Source of the DNA: Neoechinorhynchus agilis
Lineage: Eukaryota > Animalia > Acanthocephala
Direction of reading: 5' to 3'
Assembly (NCBI GenBank): GCA_051530055.1
Contig: CM121341.1
Location: 806,001 to 870,000 of the forward strand
Length of the DNA stretch: 64,000 nt
Below, piece after piece: positions 38,879 through 51,251 of this stretch. The translations under genes and the position numbers were made by a program. Position 1 is the first letter of the stretch; every line of letters begins with the position of its first letter. The notes beneath the pieces were generated by a model. It ran no database searches, was not told the DNA's origin, and worked only from the letters and a program-made list of their open reading frames with translations.

Positions 38879-39289
38879 AAATTGTGATTGAACTCTATTG
38901 AAACGTTTCGTTGCCCTTTGCCTTAACGAACTATTAAAAGTCGAGGTAGTACAGGACCCTAAAAATCGTGTTATTCTGTCATGAAGACTTGAGTTACCTC
39001 CTAAGAATTTAAAAGCGAGGAGATCACATTTCATTGTTCCTTTGCATCGTTAAAATTTGTTTCAAATAACGATTGTAAAATTAATCAAAAGTAGTTGGGT
39101 TTATCCTTAACACGAGCCATTTAGGCCGTTGATGATTTTCGATGGCTCTCATATTGGCTCTCTAGTGCGTTAGCACTTTCAACGTGAATTTTTAAATTGT
39201 AATTCGAGTTGTTTGAAAGAACTTAAAGCTGTATAAATTGTAACTATTAGCACACTTTAGCCTTTTACATTTCCATATAAAACTTATTG

Positions 39290-40039
39290 TTAAATTAAAC
39301 CAGCATCCTTGTATTCCCTAGCGAATGAACTTGTTGTAAGTTGCCTAATATTGTGGTGCCTCCACTTGTACACTTCGACATAGGCTTTGTAGGCCGCCAG
39401 CGCAACTTCCCTATCGAATTCGCAAAAGTTCCTTAGAAGAGATTCCCTATTGAAGAATTCGCAACCTTTACAGCATTCGTCCTACCGAGTCATATTCGCT
39501 CCTTTAGGACAATTACTCTAGTGCCGTCAATTATAGCCATTGAACGTAATATTAACACATTAAGGATGTCTCTAGAGATTTGGACAATCTCCTTCCCACT
39601 GAAGTTTTCAACCATATACAGAGCCATTGAGTAATAAAATTTCGGGAATTGAATGTTTGGAATATCTAGTTTACGACTGGAAATAAGGGCGTTTTCGTTA
39701 ACGCTACTAATTTCACTCGGATAATAAGGAATGAATATACCTTCCTTGTCGAGCCCCTTGCACATCCAGATTGGAAGACTGTATTGTAATGATTTTTACT
39801 CGTGAGCTTTTTATTCCTTAAAAACCATTTTAGAGCTTTCCCGCTTGGACGGCAATGGGTGGACGATTGTCATCCTCTAGACTGATTTCTGGCATTGACT
39901 CGCATACTCCGCAATCGATTAAAGTATTGCTCGATAGAATACTTGTGAGGTCGAAGTAATCATCCTCGACTAAAATAAAGCTTTCATTCGTACTCACTTC
40001 ACTGCTCAATCGAGACGATCCAAGTACTTGATTACTCAT
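39290..40039 (-). pseudogene. Decayed intronless gene of unknown family
   Basis: Consecutive frameshifted ORFs: MSNQVLG..., WMCKGLDKEGIFIPYY..., CEFFNRESLLRNFCEFDREVALAAYKAYVEVYKWRHHNIRQLTTSSFAREYKDAGLI*. Confidence 0.35.
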
Positions 40040-40228
40040 CGATCTATAAGTTAATTCTCAGGTTCAAAAGGCGCCGAATGGTTAGTCTCATCAAAAAAGC
40101 CTATAGCATAAAACAAAAAGCTTTTTTATTATTCATTAAATTTTTTTTGGCTAAATATCTCGATCAGTTACTAAGACAACTTTTCTAAATCATTATTTTT
40201 TTTATAAATATGCACTTTGAACTTCCGC

Positions 40229-40564
40229 ATGTCAGATCACCGATGTCCGAACGACAGATTACATTATGAAGCGACTAATTCTGACAGCGAAATCGATGAA
40301 GACCTTTCATTCGTCATGAATTCCATCGAACAAATAGGTGTACCTTTAAGACGAACGCCAACACCCGATGAACTGCAGGATATGCGAGATGCGGATATGC
40401 GATTATTTTTCCGTGAGAACCACTACCCAGCATTCGAAAATATGAACGACGGTCAACGCCCGCATGCTAGAAGGCGAACTTTTAACCAAACGAGGAGAAG
40501 GCATAGTAATTCGGACGAATGCAATACTCTGGACGAATGCTCAGATGAAGAATATAGCTATTAA
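40229..40564 (+). CDS. Orphan 111-aa acidic protein with a basic patch
   Basis: TATAAAT at 40203, ATG at 40229, AATAAA near 40615; no recognised domain. Confidence 0.5.
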   Translation: MSDHRCPNDRLHYEATNSDSEIDEDLSFVMNSIEQIGVPLRRTPTPDELQDMRDADMRLFFRENHYPAFENMNDGQRPHARRRTFNQTRRRHSNSDECNTLDECSDEEYSY

Positions 40565-41154
40565 AAGGTTTTTGTAATGGAGATGTAAATTCCACAGCTT
40601 TTACTCTTTTTGAAATAAAATCATTTTTCTTAAAGTTAAATTCTACACTGAAAAATGAAGCGTCTTAATAAATTAAAAACAGCAAGTATTAGTGATACAC
40701 CAAAGCTTTTTTATGCAACAGTTCAATCCATACTCATTTTTCGTAGTACAGGTTCTTCACAACACCAAAACGAAATTGAAAATGTTCAAACCTTCAAAAA
40801 AATCATTGGCCGGTAAAAATGCATTATTCACAAAATCCGATTTTGAAACACACGCATCTTAGATAAACTCTTTGTTCAGAATTTTTTAGTAAGCAAATAC
40901 ATTTTCTATAGTGAACCTAAATGAAAGTGTTAAATTCTCTTTTTTATACGTCTTCTGCTAAGCCGATTAGTTTTAACCAGTGTTTAGGTGATGTCTTACT
41001 CGGGTTTTTTCTTTAGGCCTACCGCCAATCGATATCCTGGATCAGAGAAGTGATTGAATCACTTAAGGATCCAAAGGTACATGAGTCCTCTTCTTTGTGA
41101 ATCAACAAATAAAACGTGTTAACCATCGATAGAAAGTCCTTCGGGATAATAAAA

Positions 41155-41331
41155 TTACACTTTCGGTGAGAATAATCCCGGTCATTACATATTTTATTTA
41201 TTCGAAATATTTCGCGAGGTATCCTGTTGAAAAAACTTGCAAACAATGACTGAAGAGGCGAGGATACCTCGCGAAATATTTCGAATGAATAAAATATGTA
41301 ATGACCGGGATTATTCTCACCGAAAGTGTAA
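41155..41331. repeat. Near-perfect inverted repeat (70-bp arms) of a dispersed hairpin/MITE family
   Basis: Arms 41155-41224 and 41262-41331 differ at one position. Family motif ATCCCGGT...GAAATATTTCGCGAGG also near 14095, 27240-27415, 33370-33440 and 58225. Confidence 0.85.
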
Positions 41332-41348
41332 AACGTGTTATTATTATA

Positions 41349-41715
41349 ACCGTACTGTTATGAGTTTGTACATCTCTCCGGGTCCTCTGAGCTTCCTTCC
41401 AAAGAGGTGGGACTCATCAGTTAGTTTCATCCTCCCTACAGCGGTATCATCGGTGCTAATGGGTATTGAAGCCTTTAACCCTTAAACAGAGATACAGAAC
41501 TAAAGTTTCCGTAGTTGTCGAGGTGGTCCAGTGGACTTGAGTTCTGAATGCCTATTGAAGGTTAAAGGGTTCAATATCCATTAGCACCGATAACTCACAA
41601 CCAAAGGGGCGAAGTGAGGAAGCTCACAGAACCCGGAGAGATGTACAAACTCATAACCGAACGGCTAGGGGGGTTTAAGTGATTCAATCACTTCTCTGAT
41701 CAAAGATATCGGTTG
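41349..41715. mobile_element. Divergently oriented pair of SINE copies D (minus) and E (plus)
   Basis: CCGGAGAGATGTACAAACTCATAAC and TTCAATAYCCATTAGCACCGA occur on both strands. E keeps the A-box GTCGAGGTGGTC and a B-box-like segment. Confidence 0.75.
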
Positions 41716-42282
41716 GCTTTAGGCTAAAAGAAATACCTAGTAAAGGATGATCTAAACACTAATTTAATTAAAGTGCCCTTCATAGAATTTTATTACTCAT
41801 ACTGTGTATTATAGGAATATCGTAGAAATTTTAAAATACGAACGTACAATAGAAAAATATGTTAGATTTTTATATCTTTTAATTTGCAAAAATTCCATTA
41901 TTCACTTCTTAATAACAACAACGCAAACGCAAAGAATCTCGACTAATTCAGAGAAAATATTTTAAAGTTCCGCTGTTAAAATCCTCGGAGAATGAGCAAT
42001 AATGCAAATAAAATCAGTAGTGCAATTGACGTTTTTTGGCATGTTCGCTTGAACAATTTAATTAGCGAAAAGTTATATTAAACGATAACGTAGAAGATCT
42101 TTTTCACAGCAATTCAATAAGATGTGACACTTTTGAAGGATAAGGATTCTCTTAGCTTGTCAGTGCATGTATAGACCGCTGCACCGCTTTCAAAATCGTG
42201 AAAAAAACTTGAACAAATAAACCCATCGAATTCAAGAATCACGCCCACGCATACTTTCTTATGTTTAGCGTTTCGTACATTC

Positions 42283-45020
42283 TTAGACAAATGTCCACCG
42301 TTGCCGTTGTATTTTGTCATCGCAATTGTTCAAAAATAGGTCGTGATTATTCGTGTCAAGTTGAATACACATATTGAATTTATTAGAAATCATTCCTTTC
42401 TAAAGAAAAAACGATCTCTGAGAATGAATATCCGGAAATCGATTTTGGCAAAGGGTGAACAATTAACGGGGTTTCGTTTTGGGATAATGCTACGAAATGT
42501 TTCTGATTTAACAGAAAAAGTCTGGTAAAAACAAATTAATGATAACTAATGTTGATCTAAAGTTTCCCAGGAAACATTAAGGAATCTTCTCGTATAAATG
42601 AACAGTATATCTCAACCGTTAAAGATTTTGAATTTCATGATAAAATGGGCGTTGTGCAGAGTTTTAACATGCGGAAAAAAATAACGCTAACCTTGTAATC
42701 CCAGAACTGATTTCCGTCCTGTCTTCCATTACATCGTTTCGGGAAAATCTTACTTTTCATGCCAGCCTTCTTCGGAGTACTTGCGTGCAAGCACTGCAGG
42801 TCACGGCGGATCTCATTGAATTTTGAATAATACCAATGCTAATGAGACGCATTGAGACCTCTCATAGAGTTTCTGACCTTCTACCTGATTCCCCTTCTGT
42901 CCATGACACTTATAACCAATAACTGCTTCAGTGTCCGTTTGAATACTCGAATCAATACAGAAATCGACATCGTTGTTTCTAATGGCACCAATTTTTAGGC
43001 TCTCCGATGGAATAAACAGTTCTGGATATACGTTTTGTATGTACCAGGAAAAGTTATTGCACTGGAGACTTTCTCGTATTTTCAGTCGGTCCGAAACATC
43101 TCCAATAAAATCTTTTTCAGTCTGTTATTAAAAAAATTACATTTGCCGGCTTATACAACGAACTCACGACAGTTTGAGGCAATCGTTCAAAGTAGTAATG
43201 GGCGTAATCATCGAGCCATACCTTGGCCAAACGGCCAAGATTGTGCGGTAAGATGTTTTTTTTAGTTCCCCAGGTATACGGACTGCGTTTCCGGAATATG
43301 TGACCTACGTGGGAGCAAAGAGCAGTCACCACTCGGCCTCCACACATCCAGGTTTTGAATGAAAGCTCGAGATTCTCACCACCCCATATTTCCATCCCAG
43401 GATCATACCGACCCAAATCTTCAAACCATTTTCGATCAATCGCAAAAAGTCCTCCCGCCATTGTAGGTGTTCTATGGAAACAATGGGTTTTGTGCAAACA
43501 TAAAAGTCACTTACTCTAAAGGTTCAGTTGAATCTTTTCGTGATTTCAATCTTTCCTTGCTTGGTACAAACCAGCGGAATATCAGACCCCAATCAAATCC
43601 ACCAACTTGAACACTTTCAATACGAGTACCACTTAATCTCATATCGCTATCGTTAATTGTTTCGATTATCGGTACCGCTGCTGTCTTTGGATTTTCTTCG
43701 ATTGGCGCGATCAGGGCTTCTAGCCAACCTTTAAAGAAGGAAAAATCGATACGTACAAAGCTGACGTTATCCCACTTTATTTTCTGAAAAATATTAATAT
43801 CAGTCATAGAAGTAGACTGAGGGTATTTTTAGGCAGTTTCAAATTCACGAGCTGCATTTAACAAAAAAATTCGCGAACAAAGAAACGGGTATTTTTAAAT
43901 ATATGCATTAAAAATTAGGAATACGAATTGGGATCGTTTTACAAAACCCATAGTATTAATAATTAACGCGGATGCTTTTAAAGCGACAATTTCTGACTTT
44001 TTCCTGGATAGTCAAAATCACGATGATATCAACCAAATCTGATATGCAATAGGGTTAGTAAATGTGATTTTCTTACATTCCGTATTACGACTATCAGTTG
44101 AACAACAGTATGGACCTCTTAGTTCAATACTTTAAAAAAAATACCAGAACCAATGACAAATAGAGGAACCAATTTCAAATAAAGTTATACCTTTAGTTGC
44201 TTCACAATGAGAATCCAAAAACACCAATGTATTTCCTGAAGCGTGATCCATTCCAACCAATCGTGACCGAATGAGACCTTCTCGCTTGGTATTTCGAATG
44301 AGTTTAACCTGGCCAGGAGTAAAGTTATTAGTGATGTAATCCCTTAGTGGCTCTCCGAGGTGATCTGCAAATGTATTTTTATTTTTTTATCACTTCGATA
44401 AACTCACCAAACACGGAGCAGTCATCGACGAGAACAATATCTTCTAAAAGATAAACTGGACTTCTTTCGATCACAGTATGAACCGTTCTCAGAAGACTAC
44501 TCCAAGCTTCGTTATAGAAGATGATAATCACGCTGATCCTTCGCCCAGAAAAAGCCGGATACTCTTTCTTCAAACACTTTGGATCTCTCATGTCAGGTAA
44601 AGACCGATGAAGAGACATCATAGAACTTGCATACTCATTAAATGCGTGATTTTTCCATCCTAAATCATATCGAACCTTCTCTTCGGGTGATAGATGATCC
44701 ACGTCGACAACTACGGGTTTCCCCATCTCGCCTGGCATGTTGGGATCTTCATGCGGTGCTTGAACTTGAATCGGTTGACCGTTAAACTTTTCTTGTTGCT
44801 GCTCTAGCCTATTTGCCTCTTCAACCGGGAAGCCAAACCGAAGCCGCCTTCGCTCCATTACTAATGGAATCGCGCCTGCAGCGCTGTCAACTTTGATGTT
44901 GAAATTGAACACGAAGAGAATTACTAGGAATATCCATATTACCATGGCTATCACCATATATTTTGTGTATTGATTAGGTGTTACCCGACCGGGTAAGAAA
45001 CGGGGACGAAATAATGACAT
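42283..45020 (-). CDS. GALNT: Polypeptide N-acetylgalactosaminyltransferase (GT27) with ricin lectin domain, 8 exons
   Basis: Type II TM; [21 protein letters not shown]; LVDDCS; REGLIRSRL; FLDSHCE; [12 protein letters not shown]; [10 protein letters not shown]; [12 protein letters not shown]; ricin QxW repeats; last exon [12 protein letters not shown]...QRWTFV* at 42283-42399. Confidence 0.97.
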
Positions 45021-45470
45021 CTAAAAATCGAAAAGACTGAACAACAACTAAATTCTCAATGGCAAGAGACATATAGCAAAAAATTCGCTTCATATCTGTC
45101 AAAAAATTTCGACAAATTAAATTTATCTGATAAGTTGCAAAATAATGTTGAGTGCGATTTGGATGAAGGCAGGCTTGAAAGCATCGTTCCGCTTTTGAGA
45201 ACTGCAATAACAAATTTGTTCAGCGACCACTTCTTCGGCCATCCAACGACCATAGCATTTTGAACATCGAATCTCAGCTTTCATTCCTGCCACAATTAAT
45301 AATAACTTCAAAAACATCGAAACGATTCACCACATCACGCCTCAATATGTGCGTTCGTGCATACACATTTCGAAATATTTGAATATTAAACTAGAAAAGC
45401 ATTTAGTGCTAATTTCAAAAGTAAATAATTGAAAGTGGCAACTTTATCGATTTGAGAATATCTTGGAAGC

Positions 45471-46046
45471 GCCTTGATATCGAAAATGAGTTATGGACTT
45501 CAATGAACGCACGGATCCGACTAGTTTGCTATAAAATAGTGAAGATTGGGTGTAGAGAAGAAGAACGTAACTAAGATTGAAAGTAAGAAATCTACCTTAA
45601 AAAACGACAAATTTGGGCTATTCTTAAAGTCGCAAAGATTAAAATGGGCGTCCACACTTTAAAATTAATACAGTAAACTGATTTAAACTTTATTAGAATC
45701 CATTACAACTTTCGAAATTCGATTTACGTAGACTAACGCAAAAGACGTTCGTGCTGATCAGCCTTGATATCGAAAATGAGTTATGGACTGCAATGAACGC
45801 ACGGATCCGACTAGTTTGCTATAAAATAGTGAAGATTGGGTGTAGAGAAGAAGAACGTAACTAAGATTGAAAGTAAGAAATCTACCTTAAAAAACGACCA
45901 ATTTGGCTTATTCTTAAAGTCGCAAAGATTAAAATGGGCGTTCACACTTTAAAATTAATACAGTAAACTGATTTAAACTTTATTAGAATCCATTACAACT
46001 TTCGAAATTCGATTTACGTAGACTAACGCAAAAGACGTTCGTGCTG
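45471..46046 (+). repeat. Near-identical tandem duplication, 290-bp unit x2
   Basis: GCCTTGATATCGAAAATGAG at 45471 and 45761; only a few substitutions. Confidence 0.95.
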
Positions 46047-46799
46047 GTAGAGTCGATGCATAATCGTTCTTGATGAATATAAGAGAACTTATCAGTGACA
46101 TTCCATAGCTTCTGGGCGTTAGAAAAACGAAATTAGAGTACCTCGGCCAAAACCTTCTCGATTAGAGCACAATATCTATAAAAATCTTATGAGTTTTAGT
46201 AAAATCACGGTCAGACTATTTATCTCAAATTACTTATTTTTATATTTGGCTTACGAATCTCGAGCAACAGACGTGCTTCTTCGAAATTAGTAATACTTCC
46301 AAGATGTCTACAATTCTCTAAGATTTATCAATCGCATATCTAATCTTTAAATATGAGTAGTCCTAAATAAGGTTTATAGAGACAGTCCGTAGATGGACTT
46401 TCATTTTAAAAGGGATTTAACTTTTCAATTGAGATAGCAAATGACATTCTCCATGTTTTTAAATGAGAATAATAAACTCATCACTTAGAAAACGTGTTAG
46501 ATTTTTAATTAAATTTCATATCTACCAACTTCAAAATGATTAAAAACGAGATTCTGTTTTTAAAGTGTGCCGAAAATCGAAAACCTTTCAGCCATAACGA
46601 TGAACATAAAAACAAAGGAATTTAAAGAAGATTTCGGTCTAGAATATAGTCAAATCGAGATATGAGTCAAAGCTCCCACGATCTAAGTTCAATGAACATA
46701 TTAAAGTCTATCAAAAAATAAAACGGTGTTTTACATATAATAAAAGGAAGTTGAAATGGGGAGAGAATTTTTAATTGAGCGTTCCTTTTTGTTACTATT

Positions 46800-47700
46800 A
46801 TCTCGTTTCATGTTTTGTTTTTAAACTAAAAAACTTCGAGGAATTCGTTCATCGACCAAATCACCAAATTTGTTTCAAAATGTTTCTAATGTTTGTTGGT
46901 TTCTTTTCTTCGTCGCTTTTCGTCCCATTTTTCCTGCAATTTAGCAGAAATATAATACGGCCGATGGGTTATTTTTTTCGCCACTCCGGTCGATCGATAA
47001 ACGGACCGATCTTTTACATATTCATCCCGGCACTCTTTGATAAACTCTTCGTTTCGGTACCTAAATCGAGCCAAAATTGTCTAGATAAACGTTTAAAAGA
47101 AACTAACCATTTATTAAGGCACTCGTTCAGTTGCTTTATTTCTGATTGGCATTTAAATAAGCTCCATCTTTAGACTGGATTCACACTTACGAAGGACGTC
47201 CGTGGGTGAGTCCAATCGAGTACCTTTCTCTTCTGAACATTTTCCAAGTGCTTTCGAAAAAATGGAGAATAATTAAAAATTAATAGTGAGGAATTTTTGA
47301 GTCAATTAAAAAGGATATATGGGCCCGGGAGCTCCATCAAAATTAAAAATATGGCGATTACTATTTCGATTATTTTTTTACTACCAATGATGATTGAGAG
47401 CAAAACGCATTTCCCTGTTCTTTTAGTTGAACCATAATTTTCTAGTATTATAAAGTTTAAATCGTTACTCTCAATTTGATCTCTATAATTTTTCGGTACC
47501 CAGAGCCAAAAATGATTTGTTTTTAGATACCTTCAGTAAAGTTGCTACATTTTTCCCTGTGAGCTTTTTCACGGATTCTTATGCTTACGAAAGCGTATTC
47601 CTCGACTCTACGGACGAATTTGCAATTCGGATCACCTTTAAATTTGCACATAAAGAATCACGATTTAATTGCAACGAACTAACCGCGACCTAAAGGACCG
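46800..47700 (-). mobile_element. Possible decayed DDE integrase (rve/Ginger-like)
   Basis: RQFWLDLGTE and HRPY segments resemble SDNG.EF and RPYHPQ; an HEKAHR piece lies upstream; many stops. Confidence 0.3.
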
Positions 47701-48429
47701 CCACTGTATAATTCCTCCTTCGTATACTTCTTAATCCGTGACTTTTCCTTTGGGTGACCTTCAGTCGACATTGAACAATTATTTTTAAGTAAAAAGGAAA
47801 TCAGTCCGAAGATTGATTCTTCCAGAATATTGGTTTTTTGTGTGCAAAAACGAGATAAAAGTTGGACAAACGCTTTTAAGGATTTCTATGTGTTCAATTG
47901 AGCAATCTCGAAAATCGTCGAGAGAAAATCCTTTGAAATGATAGAGTTGATGATGTAAAATAATCATGAAAGATTGAATTATTCGTGTTGGTTTTTGGAG
48001 GGAAAATTTAAGAAATTTCGGTTTAATCCGTGATATCTCGGCGAGGAAAATACAAACATTTTGGATGAATCTCAATTCAATAAAATATTTACTATCCTAG
48101 ATTGTGATCACCACATCTCCAATCTCAAAAATCATCTAAGTTCATTAGAGAGGCACCAACCTAAAAAATGGCATGCCGAGTTCCGCGCCTCCCCCTATCA
48201 ATTTCATTAAATATCGTTGTGCAAGCTAACGTCTTCTGAAATGAAAGAAGGAAATAATATTATTGGTCCTCTTGTTGTTAGATTTGATCTAATAATAGTA
48301 ATTGTCCTTAAGTGTTCTTATATTCACTCTAAATTAAGGATTAAACTTTTGTATTTTTACCTTTAGATAGCCTGAATTTGTTGACGAAGAGTGCCATCAG
48401 ATCGCGCATCTTCTGAATTAACAAGTATT

Positions 48430-49115
48430 CTTAATTATCTGAAGGCACTATTGGGTGTCCAAATGTTTTAACTGTATCAAAATCTTGGCGGAAAACTTTA
48501 TCCGGCAAAAAAATGCAAAGCCGTCATTGTATTCAATTGTCGCCCGAATGCTTGCAGTGTTGCCTCTCAATACGACGATGCTGATATTCTGAAACCTGGC
48601 CTTGCATCGCCGTTTGTAACCTGAAGGCGTCGCTTCATTTCCCTCAGCAGTTGAAGAGCTTCGCTACCAAGAGATCCGTAGGTCTCAACCCCAAAAGGCA
48701 CAAACTCATGGGCTAAATCCAGGTATTTCGCCGTTTAACGTCCTTCCGCAGCTCTCGCTGCACCCCCCAGCTTGAGCCACCAAAATTTGTTCGAATATTT
48801 ATAGGTCTTTAAAATTAAAGCGCTTAGTATTTTTAAAACAACGTTTTTTAACACGGTATATTTTGGACCGCCGAGTAGAATTAATTTTTCAATGAACAAT
48901 TGAACGCATCATTTTTTAACAAAAGAGTTTGTCCTCCTAAAATTGAAAAGTTATAAAACAAAATCATCCTTCAATAAAATCTAAAAATTTCGACGATTGA
49001 ACGACGCAAAAGAAGTTGTATTCCTGCGACAAAATATCTCCCTCGCAGTACAACGAGGCAATGCTGCTAGCGTGATAGCGACAGTCGAGGAAGAAGAGAA
49101 GCTGAGATCTTGCAG
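48430..49115. mobile_element. Two CRE-clade 3' tails (minus 48430-48760; plus 49015-49115)
   Basis: HEFVPFGVETYGSLGSEALQLL; FLRQNISLAVQRGNAASVIATVEE. Confidence 0.75.
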
Positions 49116-49627
49116 GTTTTAAACAACGACCTCCTTTTAGATCGTCCAGTTTAATCAGAAAATCCTTTGATTATCGAATGAGAGCATTAATTATTCAACA
49201 TAAAAATTCGCCCTGTCTAAAAAACGTTACGTAAAGAATATTCGCGAAATTTGATTCTAGCGAGTTTCATTAAATTTTTAAATATTAGCCCCTTTCCCCT
49301 AGATACAATTCAGGTTTTCGAAAGTCAATTTCTTTTTAGACCGCGCAATCTAATAAAAAGATTTCTAAAATAGGATTAGATTTGGCCGGCTGAAATAACG
49401 TGAAGGTAAAAATCGTTCGTCAATAAAATCTGATGCTTATGATCATCACATAATTTAAAAGTATGGATTTTCTTCAGAATATTTTTGTGTGCTCCCATTA
49501 ACTCACTGTTTTTCTTTATGAAACGCACGATTCGTAAAAAAAATAAAAATGTGCAAATTACCGTGTTGTTGTTAAAAATAACAACTCTATGGTTAATAAT
49601 TTCTCATCCGATACAAATCTGCTTTTA

Positions 49628-49671
49628 ATTGGACGAGTCGCTTATTAGGACCGAAACGATCGCGTCCCAAT
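49628..49671 (+). ncRNA. Degenerate type I hammerhead ribozyme (CUG of the core missing)
   Basis: ATTGG-ACGA-GTC-gcttattag-GAC-C-GAAA-CG-atcg-CG-TC-CCAAT: stems I and III, GAAA and the GUC triplet are present. Confidence 0.45.
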
Positions 49672-50417
49672 GTGGTCCGATTAAACACGTATTTCTGTAT
49701 GCAATTTCTCACACGAATTTGTTTTCGAATTTACTCAATGAAGTAATGTATTACCGCAAATGCATACAAACGCATGAACAAGCACTTAAAAATCTTTTAT
49801 AATAGAAGTCAGAATATGCAGATTTTATCATTATGCTCATTAACACAGTAAAACTGTCTTTTAAACACATTCAATCCATATTTAATTTTCCCTTGGCACA
49901 AACTGCTTTTGTTCAAAAAAAATCGATTATTGGTAAGTGTACCAACTGTCTTCCCGTAAGTTTTTTATTTTATTAAAATTTACAGCAATTCTAGGTTTTT
50001 GTTATGTCTGCTACTGAAACTGTTTTTCCTACAATTTAAACTTCAAGGTACTGTAAATGTGAGTTGTTTTGAAAAAATACAGCGAGAAAACTTCTATTAG
50101 CAATCACATATTTTTACTTTTTACATATCTTTAATATAAACGATTATTCACTGTCGCATTGATGAATTTGAACTCTAACGAGGAATTAATTGCGCGTATT
50201 GCCCGTGCACAGTTTTTAAAAATTCAGAGACTCAAAAGAGGCAAAAAATACTTTAAAGTATATTTACTAAGAATTAATGACCAAAAATGCGAATTAATTT
50301 CGTTTTCTTGATTTTATCTGAAAATTTTATTGTCTGTTACTTGCACAAATACTTTGTCTCAGCCACCATGCCCAAACGTTTAAAATATAAAAAAATTAAT
50401 TAATAAATGAAAAGCCT

Positions 50418-50783
50418 TTAAATTTCGTATATGTCTACATTATTTCCACAGGAGTCAATTTTTCCTTTTAGTTTTCCCACATTTATTAATTGCACGATCA
50501 AATCCTTTGTAGTTTTGAAAGGCAATTGGAGCAGCTGCGCAGTGTGTCGAATAGAGACATTGTAGCTCAAGTCGAAAAGACGTTCAAGGAAAAGGAATCT
50601 GGCTGCTTCTGTGTATTTCTCCAAATATTTTACCAAATTTTCATCTGATCTTACGAATTGTATTGATTTACATAGATAGTTCGCTGCGTCTTCAAAGTTA
50701 AATCTGACAAATAGGGAAACAAGGAAGTTACTGACTGGATCATCTGATCTAATAAATCTTAGATTGTCAAAAAATTCAGACAT
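50418..50783 (-). CDS. Intronless PCI/winged-helix-only paralog of eIF3e, 121 aa (gene A)
   Basis: DPVSNFLVSLFVRFNFEDA...DENLVKYLEKYTEAARFLFLE...VSI..TAQLLQL...IVQLINVGKLKGKIDS aligns with recalled eIF3e DPITEFVECLYVNFDFDGA...[21 protein letters not shown]...ISINMLADKLNM...IVNLIRNARLDAKIDS. First ATG is at 50783. Confidence 0.8.
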   Translation of the reverse strand: MSEFFDNLRFIRSDDPVSNFLVSLFVRFNFEDAANYLCKSIQFVRSDENLVKYLEKYTEAARFLFLERLFDLSYNVSIRHTAQLLQLPFKTTKDLIVQLINVGKLKGKIDSCGNNVDIYEI

Positions 50784-51251
50784 TGTATTAATCCTTGCAA
50801 TGCTTCGAAACACTTGATAATAGCTAAAATAGCTTTAGAAATGGCCATTTATTGAATCACGATTTTTTCGACAACTTATTCGTATGCTGATATTTAGGAG
50901 AAAAATACTTTTTTATTGATAGGTACCGAGCACAATCATGTGCCCGATTTTCCCACGATATAAATCACAGCTGGACGTAAAAATGCCGAGAAAAATCGTT
51001 TGAAGTATAAAAATCGATTTCGATTCAGTTAGCACGCCTGAGTGAATTCCCTTTGTTCTAATTCCCTTTTTTAATCGAAGTTAGTAAAAAGACGCATGCA
51101 ATTAGCTTCCTGAACGCTGATTGGCTGAAGTGGTTGGACACGTGATAGCACAAGTTTACACTAAAAACGAATCGTTCCTTGAGCAGCATTTTTAACTGCA
51201 ACTCGTTTTCACTTCAACAGCTAACAGTACTTCTCAACAAAACTTGCAAAA
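50784..51251. promoter_or_regulatory. Putative bidirectional promoter between PCI genes A and B1
   Basis: 468 bp between head-to-head ATGs; inverted CCAAT (ATTGG, 51120-51124) and E-box CACGTG (51139-51144), both kept in all three units. Confidence 0.5.

Noticed and set aside
41245-41300. CTGAAGA-G-GCGAGG-ata-CCTCGC-GAAA, a perfect hammerhead core with a 6-bp stem II
   Set aside because: No register gives both a NUH triplet and stem I. The hairpin is the family's structural motif, and other copies lack CTGAAGA.
41685-41730. ATCACTTCTC...GGCTTTAGGCTAA resembles the 5' end of U2 snRNA
   Set aside because: Segments are not contiguous, there is no branch-point recognition sequence or Sm site, and the first part belongs to the SINE tail.
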